The notes: generated from the sequence alone by a model not told the origin. DNA of 64,000 bases from Myxococcales bacterium (GCA_009692465.1 SHZD01000002.1:1284-65283); one strand, 5' to 3'; positions 20,701 to 30,728 are shown, counted from the stretch's first letter. Numbers and translations are program-made.

Positions 20701-22242
20701 CGTGCAAGCGTCTTTGTCGTCACAGCTTTTCGCCGCCGATGCGCACACCCCCTTGCTGCAGGCGTCTTTGTCCGTGCAGGGATTGTTGTCGCTGCACGGG
20801 CCGGCCTCGGCAAACACGCTGGTGCATTTTGCGGTCGCGCTAGCGCAACTATCGGTGGTGCACGGATTGCCGTCGTCGCAACTGAGCGCGCCGCCAGCGC
20901 ACTTGCCGCCAGAGCAAGTGTCCTTGTCCGAGCAGGCATTGGCGTCGTCGCAGGCCTTGCCGTCGTCGTTCTTGCTGGCGCATTTGCCGGTGGCCGGGTC
21001 GCAACTGTCCACGGTGCACCCATTGGTGTCGTCACACACCAGCGCCGCGCCAAAGCAGCCACCGCCCACGCAGGCGTCCTTGTCGGTGCACAGGTTGTCG
21101 TCACTGCAGGTGGCAGTGTCCAGCGGGACAGGGGTGCAAAAACCGGCGGCGCACTGGTCTTTGGTACACGGATTCTTGTCGTCGCAGTCGGCGCTAGCCT
21201 TGCACTTGCTGCCACAACCGGCGATGGCAGTGGCCTTGCACTTGCCAGACGCCGCGTCGCAAGAATCTTCGGTACAGGGGTCCCCATCGGCGCAAACCGT
21301 TGCCGACCCTGAGCATTTGCCAGTTTTGCACGTTTCGCCGGTGGTGCAGCCGTTGTTGTCGTTGCACACATCGCCGTCGGCGGTCGCACTAACCGAGCAA
21401 GCGCCGGTTTTGGCCTCACAGGCATCGGTTGTGCACGGATCGCCATCGTCGCACGGCACAATGACGCCGACGCAAATGCCGGTCTTGCAGGCCTCGCCGC
21501 CAGTACACAAGTTGCCGTCGTCACAGGCGGTGCCATCGGCTTGCGGTTCACTGCTGCAAGCACCGGTGGAAGCGTTGCAGCTGTCACTGGTGCAGCCATT
21601 CTTGTCGTCACAGTCGGCGTCGGTCGCGCAGCCGGTCTTGGCGCAACCAGCAACCGGGCTGAACACGCAAGCGTTGCTGGTGGCATCGCAGGCATCGCTG
21701 GTACACAGATCGCCGTCGTCGCACACTTTGGCTTTGCCTACGCACTGACCTGCAGCGCAGGCTCCACCGACTGTGCAATTGGCGCTGGCGGTGCAGGCCG
21801 CGCCGTCAGCAGCCACACTTACTGAACAAATGCCGGCGACGCAGACTGCGACACTGCAGGAGCCCACGGCCAATTGGCAGTCGTCGTCCGTCGCGCACTG
21901 CGGCGCTGAGTCCGCTCCGCCATCCGCTGGCGCTAAATCGGTCGGCCCGCCGTCTGCGGTACCGTCACCACCCACGGCGCTATCGCCAACTGCTGGCACA
22001 TCGGCAGTGGGCAGGCCATCGCCAGCAGTGCCGTCGGGGCTCTTGGCGGTGCTGTCGCCGATGGCATCCACGCTGGCAGCGCCGACGTCGGTGCCGGTTG
22101 CACCTGAGGCCTGCGCGGACCCGGCCACAGCGGCAGTGTCCTCACCGCAGCCGACCAGCGCCGCAGGTCCACCACCTGCCGCCGCCCACGCTACTGCCAA
22201 CCATGCGAACTGCCGACGCGAACCATGCGAAACCTGCATCAC
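17779..22242 (-). CDS. Giant Cys-rich repeat lipoprotein (Dictyostelium CTDC-like repeats), 1487 aa
   Basis: Lipobox-like LVGC; dozens of CDDxNPCTxDxC units; no catalytic domain evident. Confidence 0.92.
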   Translation of the reverse strand: MMQVSHGSRRQFAWLAVAWAAAGGGPAALVGCGEDTAAVAGSAQASGATGTDVGAASVDAIGDSTAKSPDGTAGDGLPTADVPAVGDSAVGGDGTADGGPTDLAPADGGADSAPQCATDDDCQLAVGSCSVAVCVAGICSVSVAADGAACTASANCTVGGACAAGQCVGKAKVCDDGDLCTSDACDATSNACVFSPVAGCAKTGCATDADCDDKNGCTSDSCNASTGACSSEPQADGTACDDGNLCTGGEACKTGICVGVIVPCDDGDPCTTDACEAKTGACSVSATADGDVCNDNNGCTTGETCKTGKCSGSATVCADGDPCTEDSCDAASGKCKATAIAGCGSKCKASADCDDKNPCTKDQCAAGFCTPVPLDTATCSDDNLCTDKDACVGGGCFGAALVCDDTNGCTVDSCDPATGKCASKNDDGKACDDANACSDKDTCSGGKCAGGALSCDDGNPCTTDSCASATAKCTSVFAEAGPCSDNNPCTDKDACSKGVCASAAKSCDDKDACTLDTCALQTGACTSDPIAGCGGNCKDASPCDDKNPCTADSCEKSKCVNAAKDGPCDDGDLCTAADSCAAGKCVAGSAQICNDGNPCTIDSCVKATGKCVVANAADGSACEDANLCTLSDQCKVGVCVAGAAAVCDDGNPCTTDSCDKTTGKCAAIALANGAACTDKDACTEKDSCVTGKCAGSALPCTDANPCTLDACAGGKCSFKDIPNCGDACKTAADCSDKNPCTTDSCVQGLCQQKPQAGGACSDGNACTSGDACAVEAQAGVCKGKTVVCDDKNPCTLDTCDKGNGACLASPLATNTPCDDGNLCSLGDACKLGMCSGTGAVTCNDNNACTADSCDKGTGKCVATPIAGCGSDCKADGDCDDKNPCTKNTCNVGTCAVANASGGLCDDGNGCTVGEVCAQGLCGVGKAVVCDDKNPCTIDSCNKTTGKCAALAAQDGAGCSDGNGCTQGDTCKAASCAGTAIACFDNDPCTVDACSVVTGKCAFTGIPKCGANCATDADCGAKNVCFQPACVAKLCQNKALTGAACNDGDLCTGSDVCSAGVCGGTKVGCDDTNPCTVDLCNKENGKCTHNLGNNGSACDDKSLCTSADICAKGQCGGTAKNCNDNNDCTADKCDPASGACSHTAIAGCGTTCKATTDCNDANVCTVDKCAAGICQFNNGGSVCDDGSLCTSGDVCKGGACQAGVALICDDKNPCTKDSCDAKTAKCVFSVVVDGAKCDDPNLCTQGDTCKVGVCVGGPAVACTDSDACTVDVCVTLTGKCQFTNLPSCGNKCKIDSECKSSAMACLTPACVLGLCGVKPASGGSCDDNSACTTGDACANGVCSGKVATCNDNDACTVDACLPLVGCVYQKIGNCGAQCKVNTECDDKNSCTFDTCNTFSGNCIYTPIAGCNPNPQCKLQTDCDDANSCTVDFCDLLQSKCAHQKIPGCNPKPVCKSAVECDDKNPCTQDFCNTFNGSCTHIPLPGCGG

Positions 22243-22677
22243 TGCCCTCCCGTTTCCGAGTCGCCTAGGGCGACACCATTTCTAAATCGCTTACGGCGAC
22301 AAAATACTGCAAGATCAGTGCTGAATTGCTGATCTGCACGTTCTCTTCACGCAAATCCACGGACAAGGGCCGCAGGTGCCGATCGCAATCGGGCGGATAC
22401 TGGTGGTGCGATCGCCCACCGTTGTTCCGTCGACTTGCGGCAGGCGCAAGGGTGCGTCTACCGCCGCGTCAAGCCAAACGACCCTGCCCACCAATGCTAC
22501 AGAACACTGCTCGTAGATGCCTCGGACCACTTGCAGCGCGGCAATCAAGTAGCACTCCAATTGTAGCATACGGGTCGACTGCGCGCGCAACCTCAACCGT
22601 GCAGCGCTTACACCCTTCCCCTGCCTGCCAAAACGTCCTACCATCGCCCCGCGTCAGCCCGCAGGCTGGAGGCAAGC

Positions 22678-23304
22678 ATGAGTCCGGTACTGGCAGGTTT
22701 GGCATTGGTGATCGCGCTCGCCGTCGTGGTGATCTTGATCGCTATGCGCAAAAAAACAGCGTCGCCTGCAGCGCATGCCCCAGTGTCGCCGACAGCATCT
22801 GCCCCTGTGTCGCCTCCAGCGTCTGCCCCTGTGTCGCCTCCAGCGTCTGCCACGGCCGGTCGCGCCACCTTGGCGGCCGCTACGCGACCCGTTTCAGCCC
22901 CTGCGCCCATCGCCGCTGCCGCTAAGCCCGCGCCTGCAGTCGGTGAACTTCCAGCGGTGCTCGACAAGGTCAGTTGCACCTTCAACACCGCCTTGCATGG
23001 GGCGATGCCGCCCTTTGGGAAATTGTCGTTTAGTGGTGGCGTTGTGTTGTTTGAGGCTAGCTCACGGGTCGTCACCAAAGCGGGCGGACTGGGCGAAGAT
23101 GGCTCGTCAACGCTGCAGTCGCTGGGCGCCATTGAGATGGGCAAATTTCGCTTCGAAATCGAGGCGGCGACGGTTCAGCGCATCGATTTTGGCCCTAAAA
23201 GCGCCACGGTCCACGCCGATTCGGGGACCTACCTGTTTGAGGGGCTGGCGACCTGCGGCCCATTGCTCAAGCCGTGGTTTGGTTCCCATGGGCTGGAAGA
23301 CTGA
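22678..23304 (+). CDS. Membrane-anchored hypothetical protein
   Basis: GGAGG RBS, N-terminal TM, repeated PVSPPASA linker, beta-rich C-terminal domain. Confidence 0.75.
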   Translation: MSPVLAGLALVIALAVVVILIAMRKKTASPAAHAPVSPTASAPVSPPASAPVSPPASATAGRATLAAATRPVSAPAPIAAAAKPAPAVGELPAVLDKVSCTFNTALHGAMPPFGKLSFSGGVVLFEASSRVVTKAGGLGEDGSSTLQSLGAIEMGKFRFEIEAATVQRIDFGPKSATVHADSGTYLFEGLATCGPLLKPWFGSHGLED

Positions 23305-23469
23305 GTTTGTGCAGGGCTGAACGGCTGTAGTTTTAAACAGTTGTAGTCTTGCGCCGCCGAAGCCGTGAGCAAGCGAAGTCGCGAGCAACCGAAGCCCTGG
23401 GCAGCGCTCAGTCTGAGCCACATCGGCGGACCAACTGACCACCAGTACCAGCTAAACGTGTTGAATTGA

Positions 23470-23715
23470 CTAGCGAATGCTGGTTGACGACGGCTCATTG
23501 CCACTGAGCGGGCGCACAGAAAATAACGGCCGCGGTCCACGCTTGGTCGCCGCGATGGCATTGACTGCGCGCACCTCTTGCGGTTGCAGTCCAGCATCGC
23601 CCGGCATTTGGGTGGCAGTAGCGCAGCAGCCTGTCGCCACGGTCGCAAAGACGGCAGCAAGCGCGCCGACAAGTAAATGCACTAAGAGAGTTGGTGATTT
23701 GCCTAAGCGCTTCAT
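23470..23715 (-). CDS. Possible small lipoprotein
   Basis: MKRLGK + hydrophobic stretch + ATGC; short ORF. Confidence 0.35.
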   Translation of the reverse strand: MKRLGKSPTLLVHLLVGALAAVFATVATGCCATATQMPGDAGLQPQEVRAVNAIAATKRGPRPLFSVRPLSGNEPSSTSIR

Positions 23716-23825
23716 CTTCACGGTCCAGCAGCGAGCGAGCGCCCGCGGCCGGTGAGACGGTTGGTGGTGCCCTACGGTTTGGGCGCCAGTCCCACCCTGC
23801 TCCAAAGGCCGCCCACCGGACCCGA

Positions 23826-24815
23826 CTACAAGAAGCGATCCATGCCGCTGACACCGTCGCTGGTTTGGCTGTCGCCGGCTTGATACTCAGGATCCAGCAA
23901 CGCATTGATGTGGGCCATCACCACATCGGTGGCCGCGCGAAACTTGGGCCCATGCGTTTCTGCAGCGGCCCGGGTCAGAGGCGCATACGCTTCGGTCACC
24001 CGGTGAGGTGCCAATTGCGGGCCATTGAGCTCCAATGGCTGACCAAACCGGTAGACAATGCGCCCCCCTTTCGACAACGGCCGATTGGTCGGATACGCCT
24101 TGTCGCTGCCATTGCACCCAACCGGCACGATGGCCGCGCCCAGATGCTGCGCGACTTGCACCAACCCCGTATGACCGCGGGCCAAGCGGGTGCTGCGGGT
24201 GCCTTGCGGAAAAACCAAAACATTGACCCCCAACTCACAAATCGCCTGCCGATTCAGGCGGATGACGTGATCCAGCAATGGCGCAAAGCGGGCCTCAAAC
24301 CAGGCGACAAAACCCTCCGCGTTGCCACCAAATTGAGCAATAAATGTCTGAACTTCAGGTGATTGTGCGCCAGTATCAACCGCAAGTGGGTCCATCGTCC
24401 CGTCGACGAGGTTGCGCAAGAAGCGGTACTCGGGGTCGGCCATCGGGCGCTTGAAGTGAGCACGAAAATCGGTTGCCAGCACATAACCGCGTGACGGCAA
24501 TGGAATATTATTCATCAGGTCCAAAAACTTGGCGGTCGGCCGATGGTCGTAGTACTTGCCTTTGACCCAGGTCGCCGTGAACGGGAATCCGCGCCGGTAC
24601 ATGCTGTACTGTGCTGGCCAATAGTTGTAGCGATCCGTGTGGTTCATCGCCAAGAACACCGTGCGGTCCCGCGGCAAGTTGTCCAAGCCCTCCATGATGA
24701 TTTCGGTGCGGCGTGGCAGCAGGTAGTCCCACGACAACACTAGATTTGCAAAGGCAATTTGGCCAATCGGGCGGCGATGTAGCCGCAGTTTGCTTAGGCG
24801 GTCGATGTCGATCAT
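23826..24815 (-). CDS. PlsC-like lysophospholipid acyltransferase
   Basis: AMNH motif, VFPQGTRS, IVPVG. Confidence 0.85.
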   Translation of the reverse strand: MIDIDRLSKLRLHRRPIGQIAFANLVLSWDYLLPRRTEIIMEGLDNLPRDRTVFLAMNHTDRYNYWPAQYSMYRRGFPFTATWVKGKYYDHRPTAKFLDLMNNIPLPSRGYVLATDFRAHFKRPMADPEYRFLRNLVDGTMDPLAVDTGAQSPEVQTFIAQFGGNAEGFVAWFEARFAPLLDHVIRLNRQAICELGVNVLVFPQGTRSTRLARGHTGLVQVAQHLGAAIVPVGCNGSDKAYPTNRPLSKGGRIVYRFGQPLELNGPQLAPHRVTEAYAPLTRAAAETHGPKFRAATDVVMAHINALLDPEYQAGDSQTSDGVSGMDRFL

Positions 24816-24949
24816 GGATGGAAGGCCTGTGCAGCGTTAAGCGGTGTTGGTCAGCACTTGCCGATGGTAGCGTGCGCGGCGCAAAAACGGCAACCGCTGG
24901 CGCGATTCGTCAGCAATATCACACGATCACTGGTCCGGGCGCGCCCAAT

Positions 24950-24964
24950 TGGCACGGTACTTGC
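24950..24964 (+). promoter_or_regulatory. Sigma-54 (-24/-12) promoter
   Basis: TGGCACG-GTAC-TTGC matches TGGCACG-N4-TTGC. Confidence 0.65.
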
Positions 24965-25157
24965 GGTGGGGGGGCGCCGCCCCCTGTTGCTCGTGCAGCA
25001 AAAAATGCGCACGATACGTCGGCCCCCGTGGACCTAGGCGTTTGTCGCAGTAGTGTTCCGACGCACTCTTGGACCGCGGCCGTACCTGTTCGGATTGGTG
25101 CACAGAGGCCATCGGGCCAAGCCGCTATCGCGTACAATAGGCACTTGCGAGGCAGAT

Positions 25158-27404
25158 TTGAGCGAGTTTGCGGATGAGCAACGAGAAATCTTAGCATCTG
25201 CAAGACGTTTGCGGCGCCAAGGGCACGTCGATGCCGCTCGCCAGGCGCTTGGCGCAGGATGGCAGCAGGCTGAACAGGAGCAGCGACCGCACGGCTGGCT
25301 GGCCCTTGAACTGGCGGATATCTGTTTTGATCAAGCCGATTTGGCCCAGTCTGCCCACTGGGCAGCGCAAGCGGACCGCTCCCACCAATACCACGCCGAC
25401 GCCGCAGGCTGTGCGGCTGCCGCACTGGTACTGGGCGACGTTGCTTGGGCCATCGGCCAACCGGTGCAGGCGCGGTCGCATTGGGCCAATGCGCGCTCGA
25501 TTGCGGACGCCGCTGGAGCTGGCCCCCTAGCCAGCCGCGCCCTGCTGGCCTTGGCCATTGCCCAAGTCGGCGGGGACGCCGCGGTAGCCGACGCCCAATT
25601 GGATGCCGCCGAGGCCCGCGCCGCGGTCGTGCCAGTCACCGATGACCCCGATGCCCTTGAAGTCTGGAAAAAGCAAGCGGATGCCGTGCGGGCATCGCTG
25701 GCGATTCACCGTGCCTATCAAGCGGTAGCGGCACGCCGGTGGCCAGAAGCCCGGCTGTTGCTGGGCGCCGCCGCGCAATCCGCTGGTCAACTCGCTGATC
25801 CATCGCTGTACGCCAATTGTTTGCGCGTGGATGCCGCGTTGGCGCGCAAGGCCTGTGATCCGGATGCGGCCGTTGTTTCATTGCGCTTGGCGGTGCGGGC
25901 TGCCACCGCTGCCGGAGCCACACCGCTGGCGTGGCAATGCCGCTGTGAGCTGGCGCTGGCGCTAATCGACAACGAAGCCTGGGCCCAAGCGGCAGAATTG
26001 ATACCCGCCGAGTTGCCCCAAGAACTGACACAGTTGCCCGCGATCGCCGCCGCGGTCCTGGAGTCGTTTGCGGCAATTGCACTTGCCAGCGGTGACCCGT
26101 CCGCGGCTGAGCCTGCGCTATACCGCGCCATTGAAGAGCGCCGCCGGGCCGCCGACGTCGGCGGTGAACTACGGGCCTTGGCTGCTTTGGCCGATGCGCT
26201 GCGTTTGAGTGGTGCTCGAACGGAGGCAGTGGCGGTCGAGCGGCGCCTGCAAGCACTGGCGGCTTCTACCGGCCAACTAGGCCACCAACTTGTGGTCTGC
26301 CAAGTTGCCTGTCGGTTGGCTGGCGAAGGAGTCTCGGTCGAGTTGGCCAACCGGGCCGTCCAATTGGCCGCGGCGGCCGGCGGCATCGTCGATCAATTGG
26401 TCGCCTTGGACGGTGCCGCTGACAGCCGATTGCGCCATGGCGATGCCCAAACCGCGCTCGCCATTGCCAATCAAGCGGTGGCGTTGGCCTACGAGCAACC
26501 GTTGGTTCGCCTGCAAGCCCGCAGTCAAGCCCGCCGCTGTCAGGCCCTGTTTGCGGTCGGTGACATCGCGCACGGGCAAAACGCGGCGCAACTTGCCGCT
26601 GAACTTGCTGAAACTGCAAATGATTGGCAATCACGGGCCTGTGTGTTGTTGGTGGTGGGTGGTCAGTTTGCCGCCGAAGGCCGGGCAGATGAGGCCGTAC
26701 TGGCCTTTAGCCGGGCCCAACAGGCTGCAGACAGCGCCAAGCGCACCGATTTGCAAGGAGAATCTTGGCTGGCGTTGGGTCAAGTGTGGGCTGGGCTGCG
26801 CACTTTTGACGACGCTGGGGTTGCCTTCGCCAGAGCGGCCCAAGTGGCCCAAGCTTGTGGAGCGATTGGACTATGGGTGCGAGCCTTGCGCGGTCAGGCG
26901 TGGTGCGCGCGCGAGCAAGGGCAGAGCTCGCGGGCATTGGCACTGCTGGCCCAAGCCCGGCAGACGGCTCACGCCGCAGACCTGCCCGCGATTGCCTGCG
27001 CCGTGGAGGTCGATGAGGCGCAACTATGGATCAGCACAGGCGATTTGACTGCAGCCGCCCAGCAATTGACCGCGATCGACTTGCACCTGGTGTCCACCGC
27101 GGTGCGCGGCGAAGCACTGGCGCTTTTGGGGCAAATTCACGCCAAGCAAGGCGATTTTGCCCGCGCCGACGCTCTTTTGGTACGCGCTTTGGTCGAGTTG
27201 CGCAGGGCCGGTGAGCCGCGCAGCCTAGGTGCCGCCTTGTATGTGGCCGGTCAAGTCGCTGGCGCTCGCGGCGATGGCGAGCGCGCCGGACAGGCGTTGG
27301 CGGAGGCACTGGCTTTGGCGGTGCGCGGCGGTTTGCCCGAAGTTGCCCTGATTCGCGCCACCATTGACCGTATCGGTCGGCAGGCTAGCGAGCAACAGCT
27401 GTGA
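25158..27404 (+). CDS. Ala-rich TPR/helical-repeat protein
   Basis: Repeated A..LG..W/A...A...F..A helical units; TTG 25158 preceded by GAGG. Confidence 0.8.
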   Translation: MSEFADEQREILASARRLRRQGHVDAARQALGAGWQQAEQEQRPHGWLALELADICFDQADLAQSAHWAAQADRSHQYHADAAGCAAAALVLGDVAWAIGQPVQARSHWANARSIADAAGAGPLASRALLALAIAQVGGDAAVADAQLDAAEARAAVVPVTDDPDALEVWKKQADAVRASLAIHRAYQAVAARRWPEARLLLGAAAQSAGQLADPSLYANCLRVDAALARKACDPDAAVVSLRLAVRAATAAGATPLAWQCRCELALALIDNEAWAQAAELIPAELPQELTQLPAIAAAVLESFAAIALASGDPSAAEPALYRAIEERRRAADVGGELRALAALADALRLSGARTEAVAVERRLQALAASTGQLGHQLVVCQVACRLAGEGVSVELANRAVQLAAAAGGIVDQLVALDGAADSRLRHGDAQTALAIANQAVALAYEQPLVRLQARSQARRCQALFAVGDIAHGQNAAQLAAELAETANDWQSRACVLLVVGGQFAAEGRADEAVLAFSRAQQAADSAKRTDLQGESWLALGQVWAGLRTFDDAGVAFARAAQVAQACGAIGLWVRALRGQAWCAREQGQSSRALALLAQARQTAHAADLPAIACAVEVDEAQLWISTGDLTAAAQQLTAIDLHLVSTAVRGEALALLGQIHAKQGDFARADALLVRALVELRRAGEPRSLGAALYVAGQVAGARGDGERAGQALAEALALAVRGGLPEVALIRATIDRIGRQASEQQL

Positions 27405-27543
27405 GTGTCAGCTCCGCCTTTTGTGGGTATCAACGCGCGCGGACGCTTACGCCACCATCGCCAGTGCGGTGCACCGACCCTGATCTGGGCGCGGTCGGCG
27501 GCCAGCCAGCCAATGCAATTTTTTTGACCGTGCCGGAGCTGCC

Positions 27544-29136
27544 ATGATCAAACTGCTGTTGCCGCGCAAACTTGCCGGGCTAGCCGCGCCGAGTTCACCG
27601 AACGATGACGTCGACACCCTGGATTTCAAACCTACCACCGGTGTGCGGCCCATGGATATCATTCCGTGCTTGACGGTCCTGTGCCACCCGGACATCGCCA
27701 TGATCGGCGCTCAGCACGTGCTGGGACTGGGCGCAGAGCCGGTGTTGCTGTCGCGGCTGGAACCGCTTTTCACGTTGCCGCCCGGACCCGATCAGGCGCC
27801 CCTGCAAGATCCTCACGTCAGCCGGCGGGCGATTGCCATCTCGCGCAACGGCGACGGCCTGCAATTTCGCGCCCCGGACGGTGGCGTCGCCTGCCATATC
27901 GGCGGCGTGCCGTTGCTACAAGTCCAGCATGTCGCCATGACCGCGCTCGAACGCGGAGTTACGCTGCGTCTGGGTCGCCACGTGGCGCTTCTACTGCACA
28001 ACCGGCCAGCGCTGGAGCTGGCCCGACCGACCGACTTCTTGGTTGGGCAGTCGCACGTCATCACCGACCTGCGCAACAACGTCAAAAAGGTGGCTCAGCA
28101 CGCCGTTCACGTCATGTTGCAGGGCGAGTCCGGAGTGGGCAAGGAATTGGTGGCGCGGGCTCTGCACGAAGTGTCGCCGTGGCGTGGCGGGCCGTTTATC
28201 ACAGTGAACACCGGGGCGATTCAGGCATCTCTGGCCAATTCTGAACTTTTCGGCCACGTCAGGGGCTCTTTTACCGGTGCCGTTGGCGATCACGATGGCT
28301 TTTTTGCCCGTGCTGACGGCGGTTCGCTGTTTTTGGACGAGATCGGCGAGCTGCATTCGGACGTTCAAGCCCTGCTGCTGCGCGCGCTGGAATCTGGCGA
28401 AATTCAGCGCGTTGGCGACCGCAAGTCGCGGCAGGTCAAAGTGCGGGTGATTGCCGCCACCGACCGGCCCGATGTGGAAGATCGTCTGCGAATTCCGCTA
28501 ATTCAACGGCTCAGTGGCTATCGAGTCACGGTGCCGCCGTTGCGGGCGCGGTTTGAAGACTTGGGCCTGCTGCTGTACCACGCGCTGCGCGTCGAATTTG
28601 CGCGTATTCGCATGGCCTTTCCGCCGGTGCTGCGGGTCCGCCCTCAAGAGCCCGTCGTGCCCCCCGAAGTCTTTGAGCGCCTAGTGCAGCATGGGTTTTC
28701 TGGCAATGTGCGCGAGCTTTTCAATGTGGCCAAGCGCCTGACGATCGACGGATTGGACCGCGGCACTTCCGAAATTGTCGCCAGCGTTGAGCAAGCACTG
28801 GTGCACACCCAGGCTGAACAATCGCCAGCGCCGCAGCTTGCGGCAGTCCAAGCTCGCGGTCATCCTTCGCCGTCCCAGATCGACGACACCATGCTGATCG
28901 CGGCCTTGCATCGCAACAACTGGCAAATGGCCCCGACTGCCCGCGACTTGGGCATTGCCCGCAGTTCACTGTATTTGTTGGTGGATGACTGCCCCAAGGT
29001 GCGTAAAGTCGTGGAAATCTCTCAGCAAGAGCTGCAAAGCGCGCTCAACGCCACCAGTGGCGATCTGGACCGGGCCGCGTCGCTGCTGCAGGTGTCGGCA
29101 CGCGGGTTGAAGGCTCACGTCAAGAAAACTGGGTAA
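27544..29136 (+). CDS. Sigma-54 enhancer-binding protein with an FHA-like N-terminus
   Basis: GESGVGKE, ELFGHVRGSFTGA, FLDEIGE, RVIAAT, GNVREL, C-terminal HTH; DPHVSR in the N-domain. Confidence 0.92.
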   Translation: MIKLLLPRKLAGLAAPSSPNDDVDTLDFKPTTGVRPMDIIPCLTVLCHPDIAMIGAQHVLGLGAEPVLLSRLEPLFTLPPGPDQAPLQDPHVSRRAIAISRNGDGLQFRAPDGGVACHIGGVPLLQVQHVAMTALERGVTLRLGRHVALLLHNRPALELARPTDFLVGQSHVITDLRNNVKKVAQHAVHVMLQGESGVGKELVARALHEVSPWRGGPFITVNTGAIQASLANSELFGHVRGSFTGAVGDHDGFFARADGGSLFLDEIGELHSDVQALLLRALESGEIQRVGDRKSRQVKVRVIAATDRPDVEDRLRIPLIQRLSGYRVTVPPLRARFEDLGLLLYHALRVEFARIRMAFPPVLRVRPQEPVVPPEVFERLVQHGFSGNVRELFNVAKRLTIDGLDRGTSEIVASVEQALVHTQAEQSPAPQLAAVQARGHPSPSQIDDTMLIAALHRNNWQMAPTARDLGIARSSLYLLVDDCPKVRKVVEISQQELQSALNATSGDLDRAASLLQVSARGLKAHVKKTG

Positions 29137-29145
29137 AATCATTCA

Positions 29146-30357
29146 CTACTCGGCTTCTTGCAGCCACTTTACCGCTGCGCGCAGCATCAGTTCGCCCCCA
29201 ATCGGCAGCGCGGCCTCGTCGACCACAAAGCGCGGTGAGTGGTGTGGCTCGCTGGAGCCATCCGCTAGGCCACAGCCGACAAAGAAAAAGCACGCTGGCA
29301 CCTGCTCCGCAAAATAGGCAAAATCTTCGCCGGCCATCATCCGCAGCTCGGTATCCACCGTCGCCACATTGGGCATTTGCCCAGCGCACTGAGCCACCAA
29401 CTGGGCCATGTGGGCATCATTGTGCAGCGCCACGGTGTAGCGGGTGTATTCGCAATCGGCCTTGGCGCCATAGGCCCCCGCCGCCCGCACCGCCGTCGAC
29501 CGCAACCAACTGGGCAGTTGGTCGGCAACTTGGCGGCCAAAAGAGCGGCACGTCCCACGCAACTCGACGGTTTCGGCGATGACGTTGAAGGCCGAACCGC
29601 CGTGAATGCTGCCCACGGTGACCACCAGCGGCTCTAGCGGGTTGTTTTGGCGCGATACCATGGCTTGCAGCGCCTGCACCACCGCGCTGGCCGCCACCAC
29701 TGCATCGATCGCTTGATGGGGCAGCGCGCCGTGGCCACCGCGACCGCGCACGATAATCTTGAAGTCGTCGACGTTGGCCATGATCGGCCCGGCTGTCGCG
29801 CTGATGTGGCCTACCGGCAGACCCGACCACACATGCAAGCCCAGCGCCGCTGTCACTTGCCGCGTCAAATCGCCGCACCATCCACCACTGAGCAGACCCT
29901 GCTCGATCATGGCGACCGCGCCGCGGCCGTTCTCTTCACCCGGCTGAAAGGCCAATACCAGCCTAAAGTCGAGCTGATCCCGATACTTGGCCAAGCGTGC
30001 CGCCACGCCCAACAGGCACGCCATGTGCGCGTCATGCCCGCACGCGTGCATCTGACCCGCCCGCCGCGAAGCAAAGTCCAAACCGGTTTGCTCTTCGATC
30101 GGCAAGGCGTCCATGTCGGCGCGCAACAGCAACGTCGGCCCACTACCGTGCCCCACCGCGATCGCCAGCCCGGTGCCGCCGACGTCCTGCGGTTGCCAAC
30201 CCATGTCCTGCAGAGCTGTGCGGACAAACGCCTGGGTATCGGTCTCGCACAGCGACAACTCAGGTTCAGCGTGCAAATGCCGCCGCCACCTGACGATTGC
30301 CGCGACTTCTTCAATCGAAAACGGCGCACACAAATCATCGCATAACTTTGAATTCAC
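29146..30357 (-). CDS. M20D-family amidohydrolase
   Basis: LHAEPEL, RADMDALP, MHACGHDAH, FQPGEE, GEDFA, HHSPRF. Confidence 0.95.
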   Translation of the reverse strand: MNSKLCDDLCAPFSIEEVAAIVRWRRHLHAEPELSLCETDTQAFVRTALQDMGWQPQDVGGTGLAIAVGHGSGPTLLLRADMDALPIEEQTGLDFASRRAGQMHACGHDAHMACLLGVAARLAKYRDQLDFRLVLAFQPGEENGRGAVAMIEQGLLSGGWCGDLTRQVTAALGLHVWSGLPVGHISATAGPIMANVDDFKIIVRGRGGHGALPHQAIDAVVAASAVVQALQAMVSRQNNPLEPLVVTVGSIHGGSAFNVIAETVELRGTCRSFGRQVADQLPSWLRSTAVRAAGAYGAKADCEYTRYTVALHNDAHMAQLVAQCAGQMPNVATVDTELRMMAGEDFAYFAEQVPACFFFVGCGLADGSSEPHHSPRFVVDEAALPIGGELMLRAAVKWLQEAE

Positions 30358-30728
30358 TTGTTATTCCTTGCTAGACGCTGATGAATGTAGTGGCTTGGCT
30401 CCACCGCGGCGATCACGGTTTCGAGCACATGGCCGACTTGGTGGATACCGCCAACCGCGGGGCGCAAGCCGACAAACTCCGCGCCCATCCTGCCTTTCTG
30501 GCGCAAATCAAGCTGACGAGCGCGCATCAGCGCCCGGGCCGCGATCTGGCTGTCGCACGCTTCACAAGCCACCAGTTGGGCTGGCGGCACGCTGTACACG
30601 ACCTGATCATTGGCCATCCAGCGCACGGACACCTCAGATTTTTCGACGCGATCGGCGTTGACTGCGCACACCGTGCTCGCGCCGTGCTCGGTCATGCGGA
30701 TCGTCAGCACGAAAAAAGGCATCTGCAT
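30354..30728 (-). CDS. Small hypothetical protein
   Basis: Stop overlaps the amidohydrolase start (GTGA coupling). Confidence 0.55.
   Translation of the reverse strand: MQMPFFVLTIRMTEHGASTVCAVNADRVEKSEVSVRWMANDQVVYSVPPAQLVACEACDSQIAARALMRARQLDLRQKGRMGAEFVGLRPAVGGIHQVGHVLETVIAAVEPSHYIHQRLARNNK

Noticed and set aside
18179-22285. Long opposite-strand ORFs over the Cys-rich gene, and similar shadow ORFs elsewhere
   Set aside because: These are antisense shadows expected in GC-rich repetitive coding DNA and show no motifs.
23305-23470. Further degenerate MITE between convergent genes
   Set aside because: Only weak resemblance to the core, with no recognisable inverted ends or target duplication.
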